From: the human T2T-CHM13v2.0 reference genome, Homo sapiens
Assembly (NCBI RefSeq): GCF_009914755.1
Contig: NC_060937.1
Length of the DNA stretch: 64,000 bases
Reading direction: 5' to 3' (one strand)
Every line of letters starts with the position of its first letter. Position 1 is the first letter of the stretch. A program made the position numbers and the translations under genes. Below the pieces are notes generated by a model, which did no database searches, had not been told where the DNA came from, and saw only the letters and a list, made by a program, of their open reading frames with translations. This document shows positions 29,918 to 42,856 of this stretch, one piece after another.

Positions 29918-30088
29918 GGAAATTGACTCAGATTGTATTTGGCCATTGGGATGTGGTCACTTGCTTGGCCAGGTCCGAGTCATACATTGGTGGGGACTGC
30001 TACATCGTGTCCGGATCTCGAGATGCCACCCTGCTGCTCTGGTACTGGAGTGGGCGGCACCATATCATAGGAGACAACCCTAACAGCA
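29918..30088 (+). CDS. NBEA: NBEA coding exon, WD40 repeat (GKLTQIVFGHWDVVTCLARS...SGSRDATLLLWYW...NPNS)
   Basis: ttgcag|GG, GCA|gtgagt, 171 nt phase 1-1; GH...SGSRD.T...W WD40 signature. Confidence 0.97.
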
Positions 30089-33000
30089 GTGAGTGTTTGT
30101 ATCAAATTTGTCCTATCAAACTATAGTTTATTTAAATATATTTTGCCTTTTTGATTTTCCTAATAGTTTTTTCCTGAGGTGTAAGGATTTTAAAATATGA
30201 AAGCTTAAGTGGCCAAAATCTGTACTGGAACGTAGCTATGTTCAAAGTGTTAAAATGATCAGTACTATCACCTACAACATGGAGAGACTTCCAGATCCCC
30301 TCACCAGTCCCCTACCCAGACCCTCTGCTCAGCAGCCCAGTCACCAAATGTCCCCATCCTTCAGAAATTTTCTTCAGCTTCACCTTATCCATTAAACCTC
30401 ATATTATTTCTTTCAGCTGAAAATAATCTCTCCCTGCTCTGAATTTTTAGAAGATTTTGCCTGTGTCTCATTCAGGGCACTAACTGCTATCTACCATATA
30501 TACTGTAGTAAATTTCTCCATTTATTCGTTTAGCAAACAGTGAGTGAGTACCCCCTTCACATGAGGCATTGTGGGAGATGCAAAAACTGAATAAGACAGT
30601 TTCCTTGCTTGGGAGGATTCCTCAAGTGATAGTTATTCCACAGTGCACCCTAAGATATCCCATAGGAAGAAAGCGTTGGGAGAGGCTGGACTCCTTCGTG
30701 AAATAATTTTGGAGTACAGTGTTTATACTCAAACTTTCTACATAAGCTCTGAAAGTCTTACACAAATAAATTTGTTGATGCTTGTTTAATCCGCAGCCTC
30801 TCAAACTTCTTTTTCCAATGAAACTTTTATTTATGTAAGAGAAGTTAGTTATTAGTTGTTGGACTGCTGCCCCAAGAAAACACTAAAGTAGATAATGAGT
30901 GTCTGTCTTTCCATCTTCAGTTCCTGTCATAGTAATATACATAATAGGTTTCCAATAAATTAAATGACTGAAGAGCTGGATAAGAGATTGGCTAGAAATA
31001 ATTACTGCTTTTAATTACTAAGCTTTCAATAGTTCACTCAAATGCATGACTTTCCTGTATAATATAGAAAGGTTTCTGTGAAGTGATAATGGCAAGTACT
31101 CAAACCAGGATTATTCAAATTGTCACAGCTTACACAGCACTCCAAAATAAACTGAAACATGAATTTGGGGAATACTTATAACCCAACAGAGATAAAAATT
31201 TTTCAGGAAACCTGTGCATCTACAACTAAAATACTATAAGAGTAGATAAGAAATCTACAAGATGCCATGTTACATTGCGTGGCTGGCTGCTGCCTCTCTG
31301 GTTAGTTCCAACCTGTGAGACAGCTAGGGGTGGAAACTGAATTGCACATCCACCCTTCATGTCCCACTCCATCCCCCCAACCCTTATGCATTTTGACAGG
31401 AATACTGCAAAAATAGGAAATGGCTTTGGATGGATAAGAACAAAGGCCCCATCATAGTACAGGAGAGAATGGAGAAATACATTTGTATGAGAAGATAGTG
31501 GAAGATTGGATTAGATGTCCAAATGTTATGTGAAGTTTTATTCCTGTTGCCCATAGCTAGAGTTGAACAGTGGATGAAGAAACTAGGTGTGTTGTAAAAT
31601 AGCATATGCCTCTTGGCATAGCTACTGAACAAGAGAGTGTCTATTGTACATACGAGTCTCTGTTCTAAATTTGAACAAGATGTGATCTTGATTTGAGGGA
31701 AAAGATATTCAATGTTGCTTGATTTCCAACCAGTTCAAATAATTAGTTACCAATTCTGTTATTAACAAACATTATGCTCTAAATACCAGTAAGATAATCT
31801 CCCTATTTACTCTTTTGTAAAGCCATGTCCGTAAACAATTCATTTTTAACAGAATTCTAGTATGCCTATGTATGCGTATGTGTACATGTGTATAAGACAT
31901 ATGACCTACCAGCGATGGCTTTATTATTCTCAAGAATGGTACATTATCAAGTATATTTTATCTAAATATATGTTCACATATTTCCAAATTGTCTTTATTT
32001 CCATAATAGTGTAGCATTTCTTTAAAAAGTTTAATTAAGCAGCAGGTCTGTGTAGTATCTTTCATATACATTGATAAAAATTAGAACTTGTTAGAAAAAA
32101 TTTAAAAGAAACAGAATAGAGCTTTAAATCTAATTAATTACCGTCTTCAAAATGAAGCCCAGAAATGATGCAAGTGTTATTTCCAAAAAGGGGATTTATT
32201 TCTTAAAAGCTGCCATCTGGTAGCTGAGATAAGATGTTTTATATAATATACTGCTAGGAGGTAAAGAATATTAAAGAAAAATATTAAATTATAGTAATTA
32301 TCTATGTTCACTACTGTGTTTTCTAATGATCTCTTAAACCAAAAGATGGCTAACTATCAATTGTAGCTTTGGTACATCAGTTAGCAAGAAAAGTTAAATA
32401 CAATAATATTTAAATTATTTAAAGCTCCTTACAACAGGAGCTGTGTAAATACAAAATGCTTTTTTAATTCTTAAGAACAAAAATATGGATATTATATTTG
32501 TTAAAAAGCAGTATCATATTTTAGTTTTAAGTAAGGACAAGATTATCTTAAAGATATTATGACAAAATTATCAATATGTATTTTTCAGTATTACCTCCAT
32601 CTATAGGAATTTATTTTTAGTGAAAAGCTGTTGTCATTATGAACCTAAACCACTTCCATAGAATCCATCCTGTCAAGACTTTATTAGATATTTAATGTGA
32701 ACATACGTAGTATGGTACATTAATAAAAGGGAAAAGTGCTCTTCTAGAATAAACAAGATAAGCACCTAAAGTATTAGTCAAGCAACAGTATGTGTTGGGT
32801 GCCTACTGTGTGCCTACTGTGAGCCTGGTACTATCCCAGCAGCTGGGAATGCTGCAAAGTCACAACCTCTGACTTTCTAGAGTTTACAAGAATCTACTTT
32901 TATACTGATCACAAACTGTTTCTCCTGCTTGGATATACTGAGGATGTCAAGTATTTGTTAAATGAATCATGAATTGTTATCCGATAATATTTTGTACCAT

Positions 33001-36000
33001 ACTTTAAGGATTCGTAAAATGCTTAACTTTACATCAAATTGATGATTATGAAAAAAACTGGTTTTAGCTTTTTTCCATAAGGATGATCACAGTAGTAAAA
33101 AAGTGATCTCAGGTTTAGTATTGATTGACTGACTGATTTGTGACCCACTTATCTATTTAAAAAGCTAACCTAGTAGCATATATATGCCTGACTAGGGCAA
33201 CCATCTGTGTCGGTCTCTTCACTCTTTTTTCAGGCAGTCACAGCACACACTGAATTGACTGCCATATCAGTGCCCTGCCTGTGGTTTGACATAGACATAG
33301 TTGTTGCCATCAGAAAACTCACAATGTGAAAGAGATTTTCTTCTGTTCCAGTTTAATCTACTCTAGCTTCCAATTCACAGGTCAGAGAAGCAGGCCATAT
33401 GTGTTTTCTATCTCATAATACATTGATACTCAAGACCAGAAAGCTAGTTATGTCTAAATTTGTATTAAAGTGTGTGACACAATGCCCTTAGGTTTTGGAG
33501 GTTGTATGTATTAACCTATCCTTGACGTGGGAAGTCCTGGCATGTAACATAATATCCCAGTAGCTGTTATAATGAAGGGATTGGCCTTGGTGTGGACATG
33601 GAACTGCTTTGTGTGTCACCGAGGCCAAATCACACCTGTTCATCACAACATCATGAAATGATAGGATTTATCATTTAACCTTTACATGCATATCACTAAA
33701 ATCTTCTCAAGATAAAATTCAACTGACTTTAACATATTTGTTTCTCTTGCATTGTCATTATTATATTGTAATAGATAGCTCTATTAATTCCACGAAGAAA
33801 AAATGTCATGTTTGTGAAATCTTTTTGGCAGGTATAGAAAGTATGTATGGTTTTATTGTGTCAAATATATTGTGAAGAATGCAGACATCTCAGAAATATT
33901 AGTCTTTTTCTAATCATTTTGACCATTGTGATGAATTGGTCACAAAGATAATGAATATTTGTAAGCAGACTATCAGATATAGAGTCTCAGACCATAAAAG
34001 AGATAAGCAAAGTCTACCTAGTGCAGGTTAGAGTTGAATTATCATTGCTTTATTAATGTATTTTATAATATTATTCATTGTTATTCTTTCAAACTCGCGG
34101 CTTTGAACGTATAAATTATCTTGGAGACTTTAAATAGGTCCCTAACTAGATAACAGAATTGCAAAGATGTGAAGGACAGATGCTTTCATCCGAAACAGAC
34201 TTTTACACAAATTCTGAAACTAATTTGGAAGTGATAAAAATTAATTTGCGCACTTTAATTGGAAGCAGCCTACTGCATGAAAGAGAGCAGAGCAGAGCAG
34301 GCAATTTGTGCTAAAAGCTGATTGAATTTTTTGTCAGGTAGGTATCTTGGACTTGGCCGCTTATCCTCTTGAGCCTCTCTTTGCAATATATTACAACCCA
34401 TCTCTGACTGGTGTTCTTTAAAAGGATCAATGGTATTCCTTTGGAATCCCTAGAGTCCAAAATTTCATTGATCTTAGGACTTGACATTTCTCATTACGTG
34501 CTGTAGCTTCCAACAAGATAGTCACAATAGAGGCAAGTTAACATTGTTGTCTCTTCAACAGACACTCAAAATACATTGGGACTTCAGCTCAAAAGCCAAT
34601 CTGCTTTTAAAGAATGTAGTTTTAATGTTTATACCACATACAAGGTGCTTTATAGAGAGTTTGATATACATACATACAAAAATTTTTAAATCATAGCCAT
34701 GTGAAACTTTGAAAGAGGATTTACCGTTCATCTTTTCAACTCAAATCTACAAATATTCATTGGGTAGTTTGTATAACACATTGTTATTATGCTTTTCTAT
34801 TCCACTTTTTAAAAATAAGTATTTTAGCTCGTGTACGGGCATTATGCAGACTGTCAAAGGAGAAGCCAATTGCAAAGGAGACTCCAGCTGTGCACACACA
34901 CCTTCTCTGGGCTCCCATTGTGTATGCCTCAGCTCTGGACGCTGACCCTCCTGCCAGCCACAACCTGTCACCAAACATCTGCCAAATCACATCCCTCTCT
35001 TTGTTGGCATCCAGGCTTCTTTTAAAAAGACTATCCTGGTGCCCAGCTCCACAACTGCCACTAACCAGTGCTATTATAAGAAATGAAAGCATGGCCGATG
35101 GATAGCCCAGAGAGATTTGTAGAGTATATTTAGATTTAGATACATTAAACAAGTTTGTATCACTTCTCGGAGCAAAGAATCTTAGCTAGGATTTAGCATA
35201 TGTTAAACCATCTTTGTAAGATCAGAGGAAGTGTAGCTCCATATGCAATAGTTCTCACCTTGCAGGGCTTTTTGAGGACCAAATGGTAATGGATGTATTG
35301 GAACATCGATGGCACAGAGTCCATTCTGCAGTAGACCACTCATCCACCCCATCCCCTCATTCTAACACCAGTAGACTTTCCAGGGTTCCAGACTGAGAAG
35401 GGAGCTGCTTGCTACTCGGCCTCGGCTTTTCCTTTCCTTTTATGGGACTAAGGCTTCAAGAAAGGTCTTTGGCCTAGATTGGAAGCAATATATACAGAGT
35501 GACTAATGTGTTCTGATCAGAGAGCTTCAGGTTCCAACCAGGGGGTGTCTGGGCTTTACGCAGAGCCCAGCTTCCTGAGGAAGGGGAGGTGGATGATACT
35601 ATTAGTTGTTTTTAGGTGAGCGTAGGACAGTAATGTACTGTGACCTAGATCTGGGCTCAGGACTTCAAGAGAAGAGGTTGTCCTGCAGTGGCAGTGCTCA
35701 GAGGAAAATGTAGTCATTGTTATCTCTGAAGAGGAAAAAGAAGTTAGAATGAATGAATAAATAATTTCACCGTATCTGTCTTCCATTCTTCACTGAATAC
35801 TCTATGAGTACATAAGGAAATGAAACCACATCATGGGTGAATTTGACATTTTCCAACCCACAGAATGTTTTTACTTGCATTATCTTGGGACCTTGGGAAA
35901 TGCGGGTCCAAGTGTATTTGATACTTGGAACAGACCTCCACAGCACCTGCCTGTGGCTGAGGAGTTGGGGTCTTGATAAGGGACTCCTGACCGATACCGC

Positions 36001-37319
36001 TCTTCTCAGCTATTCCAGCAAATTTCTAACATAATATGTTGAAATAAATCTTGAAATCATAGTAGTAATGAAACTACCATACCCTTTGACTAAATCCCTT
36101 ATTCTGGGATTTTAACTTTCAAAACTCCATCATATTTTATCTAAGTATAAACATGAATAAAAATATCTTCTGCCATGATTCTGCAGTGACTTCCCCAGGG
36201 TCAGAAATAAAATCTGAATCAGATTTTATCAGGAGGTTCATCCTCTCACTGTGCAGCGGAGGTCTTAGAAACTCCACTGGCTTTGTTTAGTTCTAAATCA
36301 GAAAGACCACAGCTTCCCCTGCATATCAGTGTCCCACAAATGAGGTTTAAAATAAGAACCATGAGTTCTTTACTTTGGCCATTTCTCTAAAAGCCAGAGA
36401 CCATCTCACTAAAAAACCTCTCCTGTCTATGTGAATAAGCAGCATCTAATACTAGTATATTTTTTTATCATCCATTTTGAGAATATTGAAATGACCTTTG
36501 ATAAAAGGAGGATGGAATTTGTTTATTTTAAGCCTTTTAATATTCGGAGTTTCCAAATGCATGTCTATAAGGAATCTAAAAATTGGACGTGTTTGTTCTT
36601 CATCAGTTCTAGTCATTCCAGCACACGGTGAGTGCTTCTGTGGAGGCAGTGGTGGGCCTGAGGGCAACGGCGGTGGCCCTCAGAGGGGCGGTCCACCTGC
36701 ACCTCCCTCTGCACTGGGCCCTTTAACCCTGGGCTACATCCATCAACTGTGATGTGACAGTGACAGAATATTCCTAGGATTTTGAATGATTGTTGGGGTG
36801 TGTGACATCTGTCCCTAGCAACGAAATGAAATATAGGAAACAAGCTTTCCCGCCGCTGCAGGTTTCCCAACTCAGAAAGCCTGGAATGGCATTTTATTTG
36901 CCTTTCACTTAAAGAAGGAAACAGTGCTTTCAGGGGCCCTAAAAAATACCCCCTAATAGTTAAGTTCCACAGTTTATTCAGATGATCTGGGGAAATCGTA
37001 ATGAAAAAAATAAAATATTTTAAACTCTCTAAATCAGACATGAGCCTTTGAAAAACTCATTTCCTAGCAGAAAATGTATAACATGCATAAGGAATATTTT
37101 TATACATTTTTTTTCTCAATTCCCTGCAATAGGATCAGATTGCTTTTTATTTTTTCTATAGCATATTAGGGAAAGGTCCCAAAACTATTCATTTTATATA
37201 AATGAATTAAGTGTATAATTTCAGGGTTTTCCAGTGTGCTAGTCTCTCCAAGATAAAATTATCATTTAGAAAAATTAAACCTGATATTACACATAAAATC
37301 TTACAAATACTTTTTTAGA

Positions 37320-37950
37320 GATTTAATTTTTATGGATACATAATAGTTGTACATATTGATGGGATATGTTATACAAGGATACAATGTGTAATGATCAAAT
37401 TGGGGTAATTAGGATATCCAACACCTCAGACATTCATCACTTCTTTGCATTAGGAACATTCTAAATCTTCTCTTCTAGTTATTTTGAAATGTACAATAAA
37501 TTATTAGCCGTAGTCACCCTATTTTGCTACCAAACACTAGATTTTATTCCTTCTGCCTAACTTTATCTATCTAACTGTATTGTTCTACCCATTAACCAAC
37601 ACCTTCCCACCACCCTTGCCAGCCTCTGGTAACCACTATTCTGTTTATTTCCTCTGTGAGATCAATTTCTTCAGCTCCCACATATGAGTAAGAAGATGGG
37701 ACAGTTGTCTTTCTGTGCCTGGCTAATTTCACTTAACCTCATGTCCTTCAGTTCCATCTATGTTGTTGCAAATGACAGGATTTCTTTTTTTTTATAGCAG
37801 AATAATATTCAATTATGTAAATATATCTCATTTTCTTTATCTTTTCATTATTTGTTGGACACTTAGGTTGATTCTATATCTGAGCTATTGTGAATAGTGC
37901 TGCAGTCAACACAGGGGTGCAGATATCTCTGATTTGCTGATTTCCTTTGT
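37320..37950 (-). mobile_element. L1MA/MB-type 3' end
   Basis: Reverse L1 3'UTR text 'ttgtacatatt...ctggtaaccactattct...ttccatctatgttgttgcaaatgacagg...gctattgtgaatagtgctgca'. Confidence 0.88.
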
Positions 37951-39420
37951 TTGGAAAACTCTTATCAATGCTTAAAGCTTATTTTACCAGGAAGCCCAGG
38001 GCATCTTTGAAACAATTTTTTTTTCTTTTTCACCTTTTTCCTGCAGTGTGAAACATAATTTTATAAATTATATAAATATGTTTCAGACAAATCCAGGACT
38101 GCTGACATTATAAATGGACACTCTACCAATAGTCAAAACACATTATAGCAATATCCATGTATTCAGAAGAAGATGGCAAACTAGCATGAGCTGCTGTCCC
38201 CCTTCTCCCACACTCCATCTAAGAGATGCCTCAAAAACAAAATTGGAGCTGATGGGTCTGAGAAAATGCAAATAAAACGGAGAAATCCTTGGGGAGACAG
38301 AAGATAGGCAGGTCTTAAGAGAAGATAGGCAGGTCTTAAGGAAGGGGCTCTTGGCCGACCAGAGTGGAAGATGTGGGTCGTCTTACTGGGTAAGGCCTTG
38401 TGATTATGCACTTTCCTCATGAACTCTCTGTGGCTTCCCTCTTGCCACTGTGGGCAGAGAACTGGAGCAGCAGTCCAGCTAGCCAGCACCCAGAGGTCCC
38501 ATAAGTGCCAAAGAAGGGGCTATTCAGGGGGAGGTGCATCTGCCAGCCCTGGAACATTTAACTTCCCCCAACCCCAGTGAGGGCCAGTAGTTCAACCTAG
38601 GAGGCAGCTCTAGGAAAGAGGGGCACCAAGACCAAAGTACAGAGTGGTTCTCTGAGAGACAAGATAGGGGATCGGGGGTGGTTACCCCACCAAAAATAGG
38701 AATTCACAAAGGAAAACAGGCAAGCATGCAAAGAACACAAGTGCTAGAAAAGAAAGACCGCAAACAGAACAACCTATATGGGTGATGCAGAATAAGCTCA
38801 TTTCTTTCTGATAAAAGAAGAGAAAAATATAGAACTTTTTACAAAAGGCATAACATTCTCTAAGTCCTTCAATTTATGAAAGCAGTTAGCAGTGAAAATG
38901 CTTCTGGGATATAATTCAGCTGGACTTTTTAGCTAGGTTCGCACTAATAAAGTGAAGTAGGTTCAATTCCAACCCTTAGCTGTATGAACTTGGGCAAGTT
39001 GAATCACCTTGCAAAGCCTTGGGTGTCTAGGCTATAGACTAGGGATAGTAAGAGTTCCTACCTCATAGAGCATGACCATAAATACATGATGTAACACAGA
39101 TAAATGCCTTAGCAGGCATTGTACCTGTTTCATAACAATAATGGAAGAAAAAGAATAGCCATTACCACTCTCGTTACGTTCTAAGCATGTTACATACGTT
39201 AACTTGTCCTGTCATCTAAACAGCATGTATAATAGATTCGCTAGTTATGCGCATTTCACAAAAGAGGAGAGCAGAGAGGTTAAGTAACTGGCTCATGGTC
39301 ACACAGCTTAATAATAATGCCCTTAATAAACATGGGTATTTTTTGAATATTGCATTGCTGGTGTAGCTCTCTCCCCCTGCTATTGGTCTGTAGTGCCTCA
39401 CTGCTGCTGTTTTCTTGCAG

Positions 39421-39522
39421 GTGACTATCCGGCACCAAGAGCCGTCCTCACAGGCCATGACCATGAAGTTGTCTGTGTTTCTGTCTGTGCAGAACTTGGG
39501 CTTGTTATCAGTGGTGCTAAAG
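39421..39522 (+). CDS. NBEA: NBEA coding exon, WD40 repeat ([35 protein letters not shown])
   Basis: ttgcag|GT, AAG|gtcaga, 102 nt phase 1-1; LTGH WD40 start; correct frame is absent from the ORF track. Confidence 0.95.
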
Positions 39523-39964
39523 GTCAGAAGTCATTTCTTTCATTTTCAATGTCTAGAAGATGACTGTTTTCTCACACTAAGCGTGATTGTCAGTTTATTT
39601 CTTCCAGGAAGCTTCCCATAGACAAATGGTATCCCAAAGTTATTTGTAGATGTTTAGTTTTATGATTAATATTTACTGGCACTAATATAAAATATGTATA
39701 AAATTTTATGTAGTATTTTGTGGTCAACAGTGTTCTAAGCAGAACACTGATAAATTACAGTGTATTCTTATGATGCAGCCATTGTAAAGGACATGTAAAA
39801 GACAAGGGGAAAGTATCCCTGATGTAGTGGGGGAGGTGGGGGGTCATGTCACTCATCAGACACGGCCTAGGATCCCCTCCCTCTTCAAGTCCCTTTCTTT
39901 ATAAGGCCAGGGGCTGTGTAGAGGTTGGTGGAAAGGAAACAAAGATTACTTGGTTCTTTGGAGG

Positions 39965-40263
39965 TTTTGTTTTGTTTTTGAGGCATACCTTCACTCTTGT
40001 CACGCAGGCTGGGGTGCAATGGTGCAATCCAGGCTCCCTGCAACTTCCGCCTCCTGGGTTCAGGTGATTCTCCTGCCTCACCCTCCCTAGTAGCTGGGAT
40101 TACAGGCGCCCGCAACCAAGCCTGGCTAATTTTTTGTATTTTCAGTAGAGATGGGGTTTCACCATGTTGGCCAGGCTGGTCTTTAACTCCTGACCTCAGG
40201 TGATCCACCCACCTCAGCCTCCCAAATTGCTGGGATTACAGGCGTGAGCCACCACACCCAGCC
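39965..40263 (-). mobile_element. AluS
   Basis: Reverse Alu consensus. Confidence 0.94.
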
Positions 40264-41710
40264 TCTTTGGAGTTTTTGTAGAAGATCTTTCATTTCAGGA
40301 AGTCAGGAAACTTAGGTCCTAGTTCTGGCTCAAATAGCAGTTCTCTGTGGGAAGACTCCCAGGCAGAAAGGAGCCTGATGCTTGGAGAAACTGAAAGGAG
40401 CCCTGGGTGCTGCTGGAGTATCACCGTGGTGCCACAACCTGGAGGAATGAGAAGGCTGAAGGGATGGGAGGGGCCTGGGGCACAAGCATTTGCAATTTTT
40501 TTTTTAAATGAGTATAGTAGGAAACTATTGAAGTTTTTTAATCGAGGTGATGAGATAGATAGGTTTGGTTGTTAGAGCTCATTTCAGCCTTTCTACGGAG
40601 AATGGATAGAGTCTGAAGGCTGGCACCATGTTTTTAAAATTTTGGTATCTAAGAATAAATAACCCAGAAATGGACACATAGGATATTTTCAGTCTTTTAA
40701 TTTTAAAAAGTAATAATATGTGTAATATCATTTTACCCTGTGAAGTTAAAAAAAAAAAAAAAAAGGAAAATAAGTGACACATAGTAGGCGCCAAGAAAGA
40801 GACATTTCCTGCAGGGGCTGTGTGATATTAGAGATGATTGCTGGTGTTTTCCTAATTTTCTATAGGGCAAGTCTATTACTTTAGTAATCAGGACAAAATT
40901 TAATCATGTCACTTGCTTTGTAAAATATGTGTCTATTCAGCTCAATTAAAAATAAACACGTAATTCATACATTGTTTTGTGGAAATCTTTTTGGGACAAG
41001 GGAATAGATATATAACACCAAACTATAGTGACCAATTTTTATGAATTGATCAGTGAATTTTTTACTTTATCAACACTATTTTATAAGGGCAAAAAAACCC
41101 AGAAACCATCAGAGCCAAATGTCACTCCTTACCCTCCTTTCACACTCTTGCCTCACTATTCATTTATTTGAAAGACAAAATATCTTTCTGTAGGCTGAAA
41201 TACTTAAGTTTTCTCAATTTTGCTTTTACATTTTATGCGTATGGATGACAGAAAAAGGTAAAATGTACTTGACGGCAGTGTATTGATGTGGTACAACGCG
41301 TAAAATTTTGATGCTACTTGAGAAAATGAGCAGCTGTTCTGATAATTCTATTAAACTTTCAAGAAAAGTTTCTAAAAGCGTATTAAGAGAAAATGTCTGG
41401 CACATAAAGTCTTTTATTGTCACGTAATCTGTGAGCTGTACCATTTTACTATGAATATTACCTGACAAAGGAAAAGACCAAGTATCTACCTGGTGAAGAA
41501 GCGTGCGGCGTAGGAGTGTGATATGTAGCAGGTACTCTGGCTTTGCTCTGTTTAAATGTAGCATCAGCGCTTGGCCTGGCCAGCCTACCTCTTTCCTGTC
41601 CTCTTCCGTCACATCTGAGCGCACACCCAGCAAGGTTTTCAGGTTGGTGGGAGCTAGTATGTCGTTTGTCGTCCCCAACTGACCCTGGCATTGATGTCCC
41701 CACTTTGCAG

Positions 41711-41907
41711 AGGGCCCTTGCCTTGTCCACACCATCACTGGAGATTTGCTGAGAGCCCTTGAAGGACCAGAAAACTGCTTATTCCCACGCTTGATATCTG
41801 TCTCCAGCGAAGGCCACTGTATCATATACTATGAACGAGGGCGATTCAGTAATTTCAGCATTAATGGGAAACTTTTGGCTCAAATGGAGATCAATGATTC
41901 AACACGG
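41711..41907 (+). CDS. NBEA: NBEA coding exon (EGPCLVHTITGDLLRALEGPENC...MEINDSTR)
   Basis: ttgcag|AG, CGG|gtaaat, 197 nt phase 1-0. Confidence 0.96.
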
Positions 41908-42704
41908 GTAAATCTGCATAGTTCGTGCTAAGTAGGACTGAAGCCAAGAGATTAAAGATTGATTGTTTTACATTAAATAATTCATAATAGAATGTCTGTG
42001 CTATCCAGATAAATGTGTTCTAGATTAAAAGTATATAACTTCTTGCGGACTGGTACTTTAAAGAAACCCAAAGTTCATTTAATTGCAAGTAATTAACTCA
42101 CTGCATTAGACTTCAGAAATGATAGCTGTTGTTTGATTAAAGCTTAGAACCTCGGGAGGGTTTTTAAAGCTCCTTTTATAATTGTTTCAGTGCTGCACCC
42201 TCACAACATTAAAAGTGAGTTTATTTTCAAAGATTTCTATCTCTAGAACCCTAAACAAAAATTACATATACCCATTTGCCCTTCATTCATGAATAAATTA
42301 TAATTGCTGGGTTGTCATTATTAAACACTGTTTTGAAATATGTTTCTTCCATTTGTTCTTTAATTCTCTATAATATTAATATTCAAGATTTAACTAAACA
42401 TGTTACTTAATGCTCAAATTCTTCCTGGATTAAATTGATAATATTCTCTTGGGAATTTAATCTTGGTTTTAATAAGATCTTTTGTATATGTAAGAACTTC
42501 GATGAATTCCACAATGGAAATTCTGTGGATTGAACTTGATTTTGTTGGACAAATGACTGACAGTAGGCAATAATGATAAGGGAACTGTACTGAGTACTTT
42601 TCAGTAGTGACAGTTGGCTATTTAGGAAAAATTGAGAGAAATGGTTGTTGTGTATTTTATTTTATTTTGTTTTTTTTTGTTTGTTTGTTTTACCTTTTCT
42701 GAAG

Positions 42705-42856
42705 GCCATTCTCCTGAGCAGTGACGGCCAGAACCTGGTCACCGGAGGGGACAATGGGGTAGTAGAGGTCTGGCAGGCCTGTGACTTCAAGCAACTGTAC
42801 ATTTACCCTGGATGTGATGCTGGCATTAGAGCAATGGACTTGTCCCATGACCAGAG
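42705..42856 (+). CDS. NBEA: NBEA coding exon, WD40 repeat (AILLSSDGQNLVTGGDNGVVEVW...DLSHDQR)
   Basis: Long T-rich tract, ctgaag|GCC, GAG|gtgagc, 152 nt phase 0-2. Confidence 0.96.

Noticed and set aside
41226-41825. 199-aa minus-strand ORF, the longest in the track
   Set aside because: No recognisable domain, overlaps an NBEA exon antisense, no promoter or splice support; compatible with chance
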